Notes: a model not told the origin generated them from the sequence alone. A DNA stretch of 63,304 bases, filler included, from Sphacelaria rigidula (GCA_964200075.2; 10 parts of 10 records of this genome joined end to end with filler, not necessarily neighbours in it); one strand, 5' to 3'. Shown: positions 1 through 11,696, counted from the whole stretch's first letter. Translations and numbers: made by a program.

Positions 1-210
1 GGGGTTCAGCCTTGGTCTCTCAGCATACATATCGTAGCTATTTTCTCTCAACGCTGCTCATGTTTTTTTTTTTTTTGCTTCATGTTTGGGCTACGTGCTT
101 CCTTCTGCATCAACATCCCTCCACCCCTTCCGTTCCCCCTCCCCCCTGTCTCCATATTTTGTTCTCTCTTTGCTGTGTTGTGTCGGGCGTTGGGCGCATG
201 ACGTGGGCAG

Positions 211-342
211 CAACGCATTCTGGTGCTGTCGTTCCTCGTGTTGCATGCGGCGCAGCAGCTGACGGGCATCAACGCGATATTCTACTACTCAAACAGCTTC
301 TTCGTGGGCGTCATCGACAACCCGCTTGTCGGCACCACGCTG
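211..342 (+). CDS. MFS sugar porter (GLUT/SLC2A-like), internal exon
   Basis: CAG|...|GTGAG boundaries, phase 0. Translates [44 protein letters not shown], containing the sugar-porter TM7 signature [13 protein letters not shown]. Upstream exons lie outside the contig. Confidence 0.9.
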
Positions 343-486
343 GTGAGACGGCCCGGATGACCGTACGAAGGGGAAGATACTGGGTAGACAAATTGCGAAA
401 CATATTAATACCTGGTACTCCATCTAGATCGGTTTACCTACCGTACGTGTTATTACCGGGTACTTCCCCCCGCCTCCCCGAAGGGT

Positions 487-1000
487 GTACTCATGATCAT
501 GCATGTCGTAGTCATGAGACCATTGACCTCGCATCCCTGCAAAGGCGGTACGGAACATGCCGGGTTTCCGCCGGACCAGGCTCGCGCTCAGTCACCAAGT
601 GCGAAGCGCCGTGGTGAGTTGGGTGAGTCGCATGAAGGGTGAGCTGCATCCTGCCAAGATTGCTCGGCCCGAAGCGTACTGATTATGTTACATTTAGATG
701 ACAGCCTCCAATGAGTTGCTTTATTTTCTGGTGTCGCCACTTCCAGAGACGGCGACAGCTGACACGCTGCCTCATGGGTGTCTCACCACATTTGAACACT
801 ACGTAGTACGATCATCCCCTTTGCGCGGAGTTGAGGTCCTCCCATGCTGCACAATATGATCTAGCTCGACCACCATCATGGTTACCGCAATAAACAACGC
901 GAGCGCGTGAAAAAAGCGGTAACCTGGTTTCCCAGCCTACGCAGTGAGTGCCGTGTTTACCTCCAGCGTCGTTGCCAACCGATGCCAACCTCATATGAGG
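487..1000 (-). mobile_element. Family B non-autonomous retroelement (SINE-like), longest copy, inside a sugar porter intron
   Basis: 487-790 matches copies at 11697-11995 and 34534-34830. 780-875 matches 34830-34897, and 920-1000 matches 44385-44470. The 3' end (GTACTCAT on +) is at 487, next to GGG. Confidence 0.8.
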
Positions 1001-1754
1001 CTAAACTTTCCCCAGTATTTTTCGTGGTTTTGCGTGAATGTTGCGATACACGTGGGATAATTGTTTAATCGTGGACCTACATCCACTTTGTTGCCCCTGA
1101 TCAACCTTGAACTGAGTGTACACGCACAATAACCCAAGCACACCAGGTAGCCGATATGTTCGCTTGAGTTTCGTCTCTTTTTTTTTTTCTTCGTGTGTTT
1201 TTTTTTTACTTTTCTTGTGTGCCCCAATTGTTCATCTTGTACAGTATTCATCTACTTGGTGTGTCGGTGTCGATTTCGCTCTTTTTTTTTTTCTTCGTGT
1301 GTTTTTTCTTGTGTGTTCAGATGTTCCACGGCTTTTCGGTTTGGTTGTTGAGCTCTGTATCTCTGTTAACATGTTGCCCACTGTCGTTCTTCATGGTCGA
1401 AAACATCACCCAGAAGTCGAATACTGACCGGTCTCCAAGAAACAAATGACGGATGTCACTCGCCATGTTCGAAGCAAGGGTTCGTTTTTTACAAGTCAAA
1501 CCTCATGAATCCATCTTGTGTTACTGACAGTTACTCATTGTGATCACTGCGCATACGTGAACCGCGTTTCGATGTATCAACAGTCGAAACTGCTGTTGTA
1601 TCAAAATTTCATGTTCGGACGGACCACTTGCTTCTGTATCAACTATCATACCATGTTATCATACTACTCTTATCGATCACGCAAACCAGAAGAGTTCTTT
1701 ACTCCCTGCATTGAAACTCCCCTCCCCCCCTGCCTCCCTCGATCGCCCAATCAG

Positions 1755-1999
1755 GTGGGAGTAATTAACGTGGTCTCAACATATGTTGCCCTTCAGCTCA
1801 TGGACAAGGCGGGTAGGGTGCCGTTGATGCTTTGGAGCACGGGAGGCATGATGGCCTCCGCCTTTGTAGTGACCATGACGCTCCTGGGCTTCGCGCCGAA
1901 CATAGTAGCTGTGCTCGCGGTCATGGGCTTCGTGACGTTCTTCGAAATTGGCCTGGGTCCCATCCCTTGGCTCATTGTGGCTGAAATGTTCGACGCCAA
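1755..1999 (+). CDS. MFS sugar porter, internal exon
   Basis: CAG|GTG acceptor and AA|GTGAGT donor (phase 2). VGVINVVSTYVALQLMDKAGRVPL...FFEIGLGPIPWLIVAEMF has the DxxGR loop and the FEIGxGPIPW motif. Confidence 0.93.
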
Positions 2000-2675
2000 G
2001 TGAGTTCATGCCCTCCTCTGAAGGTTTTTGTTCCCGCGGAGGTTGTTGACGCTTGCTTCAGGTTTGTGATGTTTTGAGCAAAGAAACGACAAAAACGAAG
2101 GGGGGGGGGGGAGGTGCAATTGATTCACTACGTCGTCGTTTATTTTTTTGGAATGTTGGTTGAAACGTTTCGAGCCTGAGGCCGTGTCATTGGCTATGTT
2201 ATTTTTTTTCATTCAGAAAACGTACGGCGGAAGAGAAAAAAACAACGGATCTGCTGGGTCAAGATAGGTAGTCATTTATGTTGAGATGACGACGTATCTG
2301 GTCGGATTTCGTTTCTTTTCCCATCGCATATTTTCGATCGGAAAATGTTTTGCGAAAACACGCCCTGAGTGAATTTCCTTTCACGGAGAGAGAGAAGAGG
2401 ATAAAAAGCCAAAATACACCGTTGAAGATGGTTGAGTACGCGACGACTTTGTCGCTGACAGGACATACAACTTCCGCCTCGTTTTTCTCATGTCTTCGGA
2501 GCGGCCTCTGTATATGCGTGTCTTCAGTGTAGAGTGAGCTAAATACGTCAACTGTGAGGCGTTCACTATCGGAGTAACATTCCTGAGCACCAAGTGCTGT
2601 GCGAGCGGCGTAAGGAAGAGCCACAGACGGTGCAGCGTCGTGCAGGACGTTGCTACAGACGACGAGATTCGTTTT

Positions 2676-2701
2676 GTGTGTGTGTGTGTGTGTGTGTGTG
2701 T
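2676..2701. repeat. (GT)n microsatellite
   Basis: Direct reading. Similar tracts at ~6066-6087 (CA) and ~37066-37090, plus a CTG/TTG tract at ~37570-37660. Confidence 0.9.
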
Positions 2702-3502
2702 TTGTGCTATGCTTTTTGGTTTGTTCCCGACAGTTGAGTACACGTTTATTATTGTCGCGTGTCCGTCCGTCATGTCTTCGGAATGGAAGAGACGTACCTC
2801 CACTCTCGTGTGTGCTACATTTTCCCCACCAGTAAAAAAACCATGTCCAGTCGGTGTCGGCTGTTGTAGCATATGGACTCAAACACCACGCTGAGGGTGT
2901 TTTTTTCGGGAAGCTGCGCGAGCTTTGACGTCACACCATGAGATTAGGTCATGCTCGCTCAACCTCTCCAAAATGTTTTTCGTTGACCCCGTCCCTCCGC
3001 CCACTGGCAGAAGAATAGGAATATAGTTGCTGATGAAAGCCCAACCCCTGATATTTCGTTGGGGTAAAGTCTCTCAGACGCCGTCTATTTTTTTTAAAAG
3101 TCACGTCGAAGTTATCTGTAATTTCGCTGTGTGCGGTACTACTAATGTAAAAGTTCATACTCCACTCTATTGCGTCGCTTCCTCTTTCTCGTTCTCCCTT
3201 CCAGTTTGTTTTTGCATGCTGATTCTTTTCTTCCCTTTCCCTTTTTCTGCTTTTTTTTTTTTCTCGTGAACATTGTTTTTCAGATTTTTTTCGGCGAGCG
3301 TTTCCGTGTTGTGAAGCTCACGTTTGTGTTGTCATCCCATCTGTTCTGGGCGTACGGTATGTTTATCTTGTGGATAATGACCACTGTTGGGTCCCTCAGG
3401 GATCCCTTGATGTGTGACAATCAGGTGACTCAAACAGATCAAATGAATCAATGTGGTATGTACTGCTGTTGTATTGATTGAACTCCGGCGTCCCCCCCCG
3501 CT

Positions 3503-3707
3503 ACTACTAGGTAGATGGTGGCACAGACACAAACGGCGAAACAGGACGGGGATAAGATATGTGAAAGGCTTCCTTGTAATGTACGGAAGAAGCGTGATGA
3601 ACGCCCAAACGTTGGAGGTGTCTCGATTAGGAGTAGGAGCGGTGCTCCGTCTCGAAGGAGATGCGTGGTCCATGGTCGAACGGATAAGGCAAGCAACAAA
3701 TGAGTAC
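3503..3707 (+). mobile_element. Family A LINE, 5'-truncated 3' end
   Basis: Encodes the recurring terminus KQDGDKICERLPCNVRKKRDERPNVGGVSIRSRSGAPSRRRCVVHGRTDKASNK*. Ends ATGAGTAC followed by a C-run. Confidence 0.85.
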
Positions 3708-3758
3708 CCCCCCTCCCCTCTCCTCGCCCCCTCCCCTGCTCCCGCCCTTGAAACCCAG

Positions 3759-4119
3759 GTACGTCTCAACCGCAATGTCCGTGGCGTGCCAAGTGAACTG
3801 GGCATCCAACTTCATCGTAGGGCTCGGCTGGCCTTACCTGAACGCCGCCTTGGGTCAATACAGCTTTGGTCCCTTCGGCGTCCTCCTTCTGGGCACCTTT
3901 TTGTTCACATGGGCCTACCTGCCCGAGACGGCTGGACGTTCCGTTGCCGAGGTGCAGAGAGCAGCTAACGAGCCGAAAGCCCTCTGGGGGGCTAGAGGGG
4001 GGAGGGGGGACGGGCCCGCGGTGGTAGGAACAGGGGATGGTCGCCATGCGCCGAAGGGCAACGGCGTGCAGTATGTTGTGGTTGAAGGTGTGGATCTTTC
4101 GCTGAATGCGTCCCCTTGA
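3759..4119 (+). CDS. MFS sugar porter, terminal exon
   Basis: CAG|G acceptor completes the split Lys codon (AA+G). YVSTAMSVACQVNWASNFIVGLGWP...LPETAGRS has the NWxxNF and PETxG motifs. TGA stop at 4117-4119. Confidence 0.92.
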
Positions 4120-5054
4120 TGTGGAAGTCAAGTCTAACATTTTTACAAAAAAACGTTTTTTTCTGTCTGGGGGGTGCGGGGTGAGTTAAGGGGAGAGGGG
4201 GGGCGGGGGGGGGGTATGAGGCGTCCGCGTCTGGCTGTCTGTGCACAACGTATAGTACAATATACATTCAAGGCTTCATTTATCGTGTTCTAATGACGAT
4301 GTCTGCGATCTGTACAGGACAGTATTCTTCGATCATCAGAGCACGTTGAAAATATTTCACTGATTACGATTTTTTTTCTTCTTTTTTCCTTTTCCGTGTT
4401 TTTCTTCTTTTCTTCCATGTATGTGAAGCGTCGTGTGTAAGCGTGGTAAATGGTTGGGCCTTGTAAGGTGGTTCCTTGATTTCTTTTTTGGACGGGGGGG
4501 GGGGGTGGGAGAACCACAGCTTGATGATGATGTAGGCAGCTGACAAAAAATGAGCTGAAAATGCGTGCATGTATATTTTTTTGTCGTGATGTGTAGCACG
4601 CGGTTGTGGTGACCTTATATATGCAGAGTAAGTGTTGTTGAGTGGTTCTGCAATTAGGGCGGTGATCTTCGAAATTGTATCAACGTCGACCGCTCCGAAA
4701 AGTTCGTTGTCACCGTCGATGAATTGACATGAAATCGGCAAAACAGTTTTGTCTCCGCCTTTTACATGGAGTAGTATACTCGTGTGAAACATGGAGGAAA
4801 AAGAAAAATCGCAGTGGTCCATCCATTCGCACTCCTCCATCGAATAAAAAAAGAGATATATGTTTTTTTTTTCTCGTTCCTTTATGGATCCTCTGCGCGG
4901 GTCTGAACTAAAGGGACTCTGATGAATGCGGGAAAAATCGGTTCGCGCGGTCCATCCAGACGGAGGGCGTCAAAGCTGGCCTGTTCCATCAGGGCAGAAT
5001 CTGAGAAGCTGATCATATGTTTGGGCTCGAGTGTACACGTGGGCCGGTAAAATC

Positions 5055-5264
5055 CAGGGCACGTGTCGTTACACGTCACAAAACTCGTTGCACGTTAATA
5101 GTTGCGCGTCGGATCAGGTAGGTACTACGGTGAGGGTCCACGGGGGGAGCCCTGTCCAAAGTCAAGTCAAATCAGGGCTCTCTTCGTGGTCCCCCACCGT
5201 AGTACTAGCCTTGCTTGACTTTTGACGTGTGGCGAATTTGTGACGTTTAACGGTAAGTGCCCTG
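5055..5264. mobile_element. hAT-type MITE (210-bp fold-back)
   Basis: Termini CAGGGCAC...GTGCCCTG, arms pair along almost the whole length, perfect 8-bp TSD GTAAAATC (5047-5054 and 5265-5272). An 8-bp TSD with CAG termini is typical of hAT elements. Confidence 0.85.
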
Positions 5265-5417
5265 GTAAAATCCCATGCTTGTCGACGGCGGTGACCGTAG
5301 GGCAGAGTCAAGGGACCGATCGGTAGTCTGAGGTATTTCGGAATACTATTTTTTTTTCATTCGTCAGGTTGCCGAGAATATACAGTACCTGATGCTGTAC
5401 TGTACGTTGTATTTTTT

Positions 5418-5562
5418 TCACACCTTGGTCAAAAATAGACAGCGTTGCCAGAAAGTGTACTACGTACAGTATCGAAATATTTCGTTGATTGCAATCGGTA
5501 GTAGGTTCGAAACCGTACACGGTACAGCTTTTTTGCCAACGTAATCTATTGTGTAGGGTGTG
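5418..5562. repeat. Palindromic dispersed repeat (MITE-like), copy 1
   Basis: Imperfect ~60-bp inverted arms (TCACACC...GTACAGTATCGAA / TTCGAAACCGTAC...GGGTGTGA). Related copies at ~10101-10235 and ~57901-58035. Confidence 0.65.
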
Positions 5563-6241
5563 ATTTTTTTTTCTTCTTTACTCGGTACCCAAAGTTCCCT
5601 AGAAAAGTAGTTTCGGCAATCGGCACCCCAGGTATCCTATAATAGGTGCGGTACATGCAACCCTGGGGTGCCATACCATACCCTAGTACCACAGGGTATC
5701 CACCCTATGGTACGGTACCCTACCCTGGTACCTTAGATACGCTGGGATTGTTTGCCCCGTGGAACGAAATGGGAGGAAGAGGGAGGGGCATCATCGCTTA
5801 TTGCATCACGACATTGCGGAACATGGCTGCCGCCGGGTAGATAGCTATTGTTGCAAGATGACGAGTGGTGTCACACGGACTGGGTGGCGGTACGAGTATA
5901 GGGGGAGGGGTCTTTGCCACGCCACCCCTCTCACGAGACGGTGAGAAACGGTGAAGAACGGCCCGTGTTTTCGTCCTACACGAAGGGCAGGGCCCCGACA
6001 GATGCCCCCCGAACACCAGCTTGTGTGGGGTAAGGGATGTGTTTCGATGAAAAAGCGCGCGCGCGCGCACACACACACACACACACATGCGTGATACATG
6101 CCACTGCAACCCTTGATGTAGTCGTCGAATGTGTCGAAGATTTTGTTGGGGAAGTAAGAGAGCGCACGTGTATGGTGATGCCCCCCCCCCCCCCCCCTCC
6201 CACCCGCCCCCCCCGTCCCCCCCCGTTGCCGCCCGTGGTAG

Positions 6242-6341
6242 NNNNNNNNNNNNNNNNNNNNNNNNNNNNNNNNNNNNNNNNNNNNTTAATTAATTAANNN
6301 NNNNNNNNNNNNNNNNNNNNNNNNNNNNNNNNNNNNNNNNN
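6242..6341. other. Artificial contig linker N44-TTAATTAATTAA-N44 (first of nine)
   Basis: Identical 100-bp spacers at 6242, 12583, 18924, 25265, 31605, 37945, 44285, 50625 and 56965. The core has stop codons in all six frames. Confidence 0.97.
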
Positions 6342-7149
6342 GAAGATTTTAATCCTCCGGTTTCTCATCCTCAATGAAAAGCACCATCCTCAACATAGAT
6401 GATCGGCTGTTAATAGTCCCATACATGGTATCATAGTGGCCGCAATGAAGAGACGAAGAGGGTGACATAGCCGGATTTTTGTTGAAGGCCGTAGCGGTGG
6501 CGCTATGGACAAAAAGATGTCTCGGCCAATCAGCACCCTTCAAACTGTTCCGAGATCTGAATTGCGAAAACCAAGCCCATTTTTTACACAATCTCTACAT
6601 GTTTCAAATCGTAGTAACCGTCATCGACACGGGAATCTAACGAGAAAATCGTATTTTTAAACCGGTTACTACGGGGTTCGAATTATATCCGAAACCGTGA
6701 TGTTTCAGTGATGTCGGTTGTTGCCGTCGTCTAATTTCCACTCATGATACGCACGAAAGACCCAGGGAGCCTCGAGACGGTGTCCCATATATATATGTTG
6801 TAGAAAAGCTCAGATCGCCCTCAAACTCGGCAGTTCCGTAGGTATTGATGCTCAAAATGGAAAAATTGTATTCTTGTCAATATAATGTTTTCTCCGTTCT
6901 CTACCGGCTTCCAGGAGTCCCCGCATGAAGACCCCCGGAAGGCAGTACAGAATGCCCTGAAAGAAAAATAATGAAATGATGCGTCCCGGGAAGGTCCAAG
7001 AAACACATTTACAAGGTTTAGTGGCGAAACTCAAAAACCTCATACAGTTTTTCTTGCCTTGACGTCAAATTCACCGCAAAAGACCTTTCCATACTTAAAC
7101 CAAGTAGTCAGGCGTTCCACGTTTCAAGCCCACATTCTCCACAAACGCG

Positions 7150-7822
7150 CAAACTTTCACGCTGGCATAAGGAGTTAGATTCTGAAACTTCGCATAAATA
7201 TGCTATGTATCATTACGCAACTTTCTACGAACGAGTATTTTTTACTTCTTGAGTTCTTCACCATTTTTCGGGGGTCCGATGGGATCGAACTCGTTTCTCG
7301 AAGTAGTCTCCATTCTGGGACCCCAGAAAAACGGCACTACAATCTATTTTTTCATTTCTTCGCAAGCTATCTGCCTCCGCATAACCCAAGGATGGGCTCC
7401 ACATTTTTTCGTCGCAAAACTTGATCAACTGACGCTTGAATTTCCATGTTCACGTCAAAGAAGGCCCAAAAACGCCGTTTCGGTACTAAAATCAAGTAGT
7501 TTGCTGTTTCACCCAATACGGCAAACTTCATCGCACAAAGGCCAAAACCCTCAAGCCGATTTGAGGAGATGGATCCCGAAGTTTTGCACAACTGCGCTTT
7601 GGGACATTACGCAACTTTGCAGTTACGGGATTTTCGATTTTTTCTTTTGTTACCGTTTACGGGGGTCCGATTGGGTCGAGGCTTCCCCCAAAAAACTGGG
7701 ACCCCCGAAAAACGGTGAAAAATGTTGTAAAAAATATGTATTCCTGCAAAGTTGCGCACTGACCCATAAAGAATTCGTGCAAAATTTCAGGGTCTAACTC
7801 CTTCAAACGGCGTGAAGTTTTG
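7150..7822. repeat. Fold-back element made of ~130-bp units (two direct, one inverted)
   Basis: 7150-7278 (CAAACTTTCACG...AGGAGTTAGA...GCAACTTT...TTTTTCGGGGGTCC) recurs degenerately at ~7545-7668 and as a reverse complement at ~7699-7822. Confidence 0.65.
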
Positions 7823-9129
7823 ACCATGATTTGTTTTGGGGTGATGAGCGTGAACTAGCCTGTATGCTGAATATAAAAACATACAACAGCCGATTTTAAA
7901 TTTTGGGGTTCAACACTAAAATGGGGTTGAAGTCCCATTTCTCTATTGCAGGGAAGATACGAAAGAGTAACACAGAGCGAAAGTATATTCCTTCCCAAAA
8001 CTCCGCAGGAGGAGTTAACCGTTGGACCGCGAGAGTAGGTCACCTGCTGAATCGGCATCAATATTCACTTGAAAAAAGTACACGTGGTCCAGATAGACTA
8101 CCAGCACCGCGGTTCAAGGGNNNNNNNNGCTAGGTGCACCCAACGAATGCGACGTACACGCGTGTCGATGACGATATCACCAGAGAGAGAAGCAACGACA
8201 CAGAGGAAGTTCCTCGCCCGTGCCCTTTGCGTGTCCTCGCTCGGCGATTACTACTATCGCTCGACAGACTCGCATCATCGATGCCACCAGCATGTACCCA
8301 ATTTTCCATGTATGTTGTGCCAGAACACCGAGAGCTGCAGAGACATTTCGTCTCTTCTTGCTTGCTTGATGCGAAGATCAAGTTCTCTCTGCCTCTCTTT
8401 TTGGACAAGACGCGCGTCTGTGCACTGAAGAACATGTCGTTGAAAAACAGGGCAAGGTTGCCGTCACCGCTACTACTGTTCTCTGTCACACACATGCCAG
8501 CAAGGACGGTGCTGCGGCAATAACAGATCCAATTTGAACTTAGGGGGTGTTATTCATCCTTGATTCTCCCCAACCTCCCCCTCCCGCCAACGGGGCGCTT
8601 GACGACACGCCAATTGGGGTGTGTGTGTGCGTGAGAGATCAAACACTTGTGGAGACCTTCTTGACATGCGGAGTGCAAAAAGATACCTATGGTGGTGACC
8701 TAACTGTTGCCAGCGTGGCGCGTAGGAGTCCGCCCATGCCGCAATCTGTAGCGCACGGTGGCCGCGTGAGCACCTGAGTAATAATAATTGGCACAATAGC
8801 ACCAGTGCTTCCCATGATAATCTAATAAACGTCACGTTCCCGACCTTGCCACACAAGGTCACACAAGGTACCTTGCAAAACGTCTGGAACATCGATTCAG
8901 GCATGTGCCAGGCACCCCAGTGGCCACTACGATGGTACAATTGCCTTGAACATGCCTGCGACCTGAGATGGATTCCAATCTATACCCTGGCAAGGTCAAC
9001 TTTCTGACCCTCCACGGCAAGGTACCTTGCAGAGGGTCTGGAGGGTCCGAAATTCCACCCTCCAGGCACCCCGGTGGCCACGCTTCAAAGCACCGCAGAA
9101 GGAAGGAAGGTGGAGTCTTGACACAAACA

Positions 9130-9430
9130 AACAAAAATCTTGTTGACCTACCTCCTGAGAGACTTCGGCTATTACGTCCACAACAACAACGTTTTCGTGG
9201 AATTCAGAGTAGAGCGCTGATTGAGAGTGGCTTTGATAATTCGCTGTAACTTCGCCAATTTTTCATTTCGTGTGTGCTCTTCGTTGCCTCCATCACTGGC
9301 GTGTGCTTACAGCTACAAAAGCTACCAGCAAGTGAAGAAATGGAGTCATATTTCGAAGATTTGGTGTGGATACGAAGATTTTAATTTTCCGGGTTTCTCA
9401 TCCTCAACAAAGAAATCCATCCCCAATTCG
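9130..9430 (-). repeat. Unclassified dispersed repeat, possibly decayed DNA-transposon coding sequence
   Basis: 9225-9316 matches 43680-43775 and (reversed) 11180-11290. 9375-9420 matches 6342-6390. All frames are interrupted and the family is not assignable by eye. Confidence 0.4.
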
Positions 9431-9507
9431 TAACATCTCGTGTTTATACCAAAAGGTGTAGACTGGTGTCCAGAACAAATGAAAGGAATGACAACACACA
9501 CATATGC

Positions 9508-9540
<33 letters not shown>

Positions 9541-10100
9541 CACAAAAACAAAAAAACACAAAAAAAAAAAAAAAACCACAAAAAACAAAAAATAAAACAC
9601 CAAAANNNNNNNNNNCAAAAAGGGGTAGACTGGTGTCCAAAACAAATGAAAGGAATGACAACACACACATATGCCCCCCCCCCCCCCCCACCCGCGTAGT
9701 GTTATGCACGATGAAGAACGAGAAAAGTGCATACCCTATCGCCAGGCACACGATATTTTCTCCATCAGAATATCACAGCGACGTACGTATCAAAGAAATG
9801 TACTAGTATGCAACCGTTAATGCCGCACACACTGATTCCAAGAAGTACAACAATATTCCCCGCGATGGACAAAGAAGGTACGTGAAGCATCTCACATCTT
9901 ATCCACTCGACGCTGAAATGGCACATAACGCCGTCGCTTTATCTTGCAACCACGACTTGTCAGTTCAGAGTGGGCAATGCCTATTTAATCTTTTCACTGC
10001 CATGGCGCAAATCGTTACATTTGCGAGGATGAGAGGGGGGTTGTCCATTCCATTTTGAGCATATTTCTGCGTACCACCCGCATGTATATTCCGATTCCGA

Positions 10101-10235
10101 CACACCCTGAACAACAAATTACGTTGGCAAAAATTGTACTGCGTACAGCATGGAATATCATGTCTACAGCATTTGATAAAATAGTCGATACTGAACGAAG
10201 CCCACTTTTCACCGATGTATCTATTTCCCAAGGTA
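10101..10235. repeat. Palindromic dispersed repeat, copy 2
   Basis: CACACCCTG...TTACGTTGGCAAAAATTGTACTGCGTACAG matches the arms of 5418-5562. Confidence 0.55.
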
Positions 10236-11696
10236 TGCGTATCCGAAACGTACTGTATGAGCTTCGCAAGAAACAAGTTGTAGGGGCTGTAAACCGGCTT
10301 CGAAAATCTAACTCACATCCCAGTCTCGTCTTGTTCGAGCGATGGAATGTCCCATTTCAGGGTTGCGGTGGTGTATATTGAAGCATAATAAATCGATATT
10401 TCCCCAGCCCCGTCTGTGCGAGTGTTGACACAAAACTTCTCTCACACGCATCCCAACAGATACATGATGAAGAAATTTCGACTGAAGGAGGCAACGAGTG
10501 TTGAAACTTGGACTATTTCTCGGACGTATGAAGAACTTTTGGATGTTGAGCGATTAGCCCCTTTCGGAAACCAGCTAGCGTGTAGCGGCGGGGTTCAACT
10601 AGTTGGTCACGTCCGAGTCTCGCCAGGAAGGAAAATCAGCTAGAAAAAAAACGAAGTGGAAAGCCGTTCCTTAGCTTGTGTGATTGTGGGTATCAAAAAT
10701 TGCACCGATGGACATTTTGCTCTCGCCGCAAGGCTGCAAATCGTAGAGGGTGTGTAGAGGGTCGCCACAGGGGGTTCCAGATCTCGTAGAGGGTGTGTAG
10801 AGGGTGGCCGCAGGGAGTTCTGTACCTTTAGAGGGTCGCCAGAGGGCCTTTACCTGCGGAAGGTGCTTCGAGGGTGTAGCAAAGTGTCCACGGGTCATAG
10901 TCAGGAGCGGGTGATGTCCTCGACTCCCATTCTCCGATTACACAGGTCACACCTATTCTTGGGTGGATCCTTCGAGATACAAACAACCGGCCAAACGAGT
11001 TTACTCATAACAGTGTTTTCGTGAGATGGAGAGTCTAGGATCCGATCGCGAGCGAGCATATGTCATTTATTAATGAAATATTGGCAGTTCCGGAATGCCC
11101 CTCGGGACCTTATACGAGGCCCGATACGCTTTGTGTCTGTAGCATCTTGCCACTGAAGCCTTCGATATCCCTGACTAGGATATCGACGTGCACATGTAAG
11201 TACACGACAGTGTTACAGGAGAAGAAAAGCACACGCGAAATGAAAAATTGGTCAAGATAGAGCAAAGAATAAAACTCACTCTCAATCAACTCTAGAAATT
11301 CGAATCTCATCTTCCGCCGAAAACGTCCTCCATTCACCAAAAAGTTGAAAATATGTTCTGGAAAGTCCTGTCATCCTCCGTAACTGTGGAGTGCTGTGCG
11401 ATTGATTTATTCGACTGTCTCACGTTACCTAGCCCCCTCGGGATCCAGTCACGCTCACAAGATGGACAGACCCAAGGCGGAACAAAATGCAAACACCGGT
11501 GGAAGGAAGTTCGAGGAAGGGAAAGGAAAAGGCAGAGAAGAGGCGAAGAGGAAGGCAGGACGGTAAAAATGAAACAACGCTAACATGGATCTAATACCGG
11601 TCGTACTGGAAACAAAATTACACAAACAGTCGGCCCCAGTTGTATGGCTTGACGTAAGTGAGCAGTACAAGATCAGTCCAAACACAATGGAGGGGT

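Noticed and set aside
12..617. 201-aa ORF at the window start
   Set aside because: Wrong frame. It runs through intron, the transporter exon (in another frame) and a family B repeat.
6286..6297. TTAATTAATTAA recurring every ~6.34 kb as a biological periodic motif
   Set aside because: Synthetic all-frame stop linker embedded in N runs.
9450..9690. Direct duplication of ~65 bp with long C and A runs
   Set aside because: The copies flank a small N gap and low-quality homopolymer sequence, so this is probably an overlap artefact.
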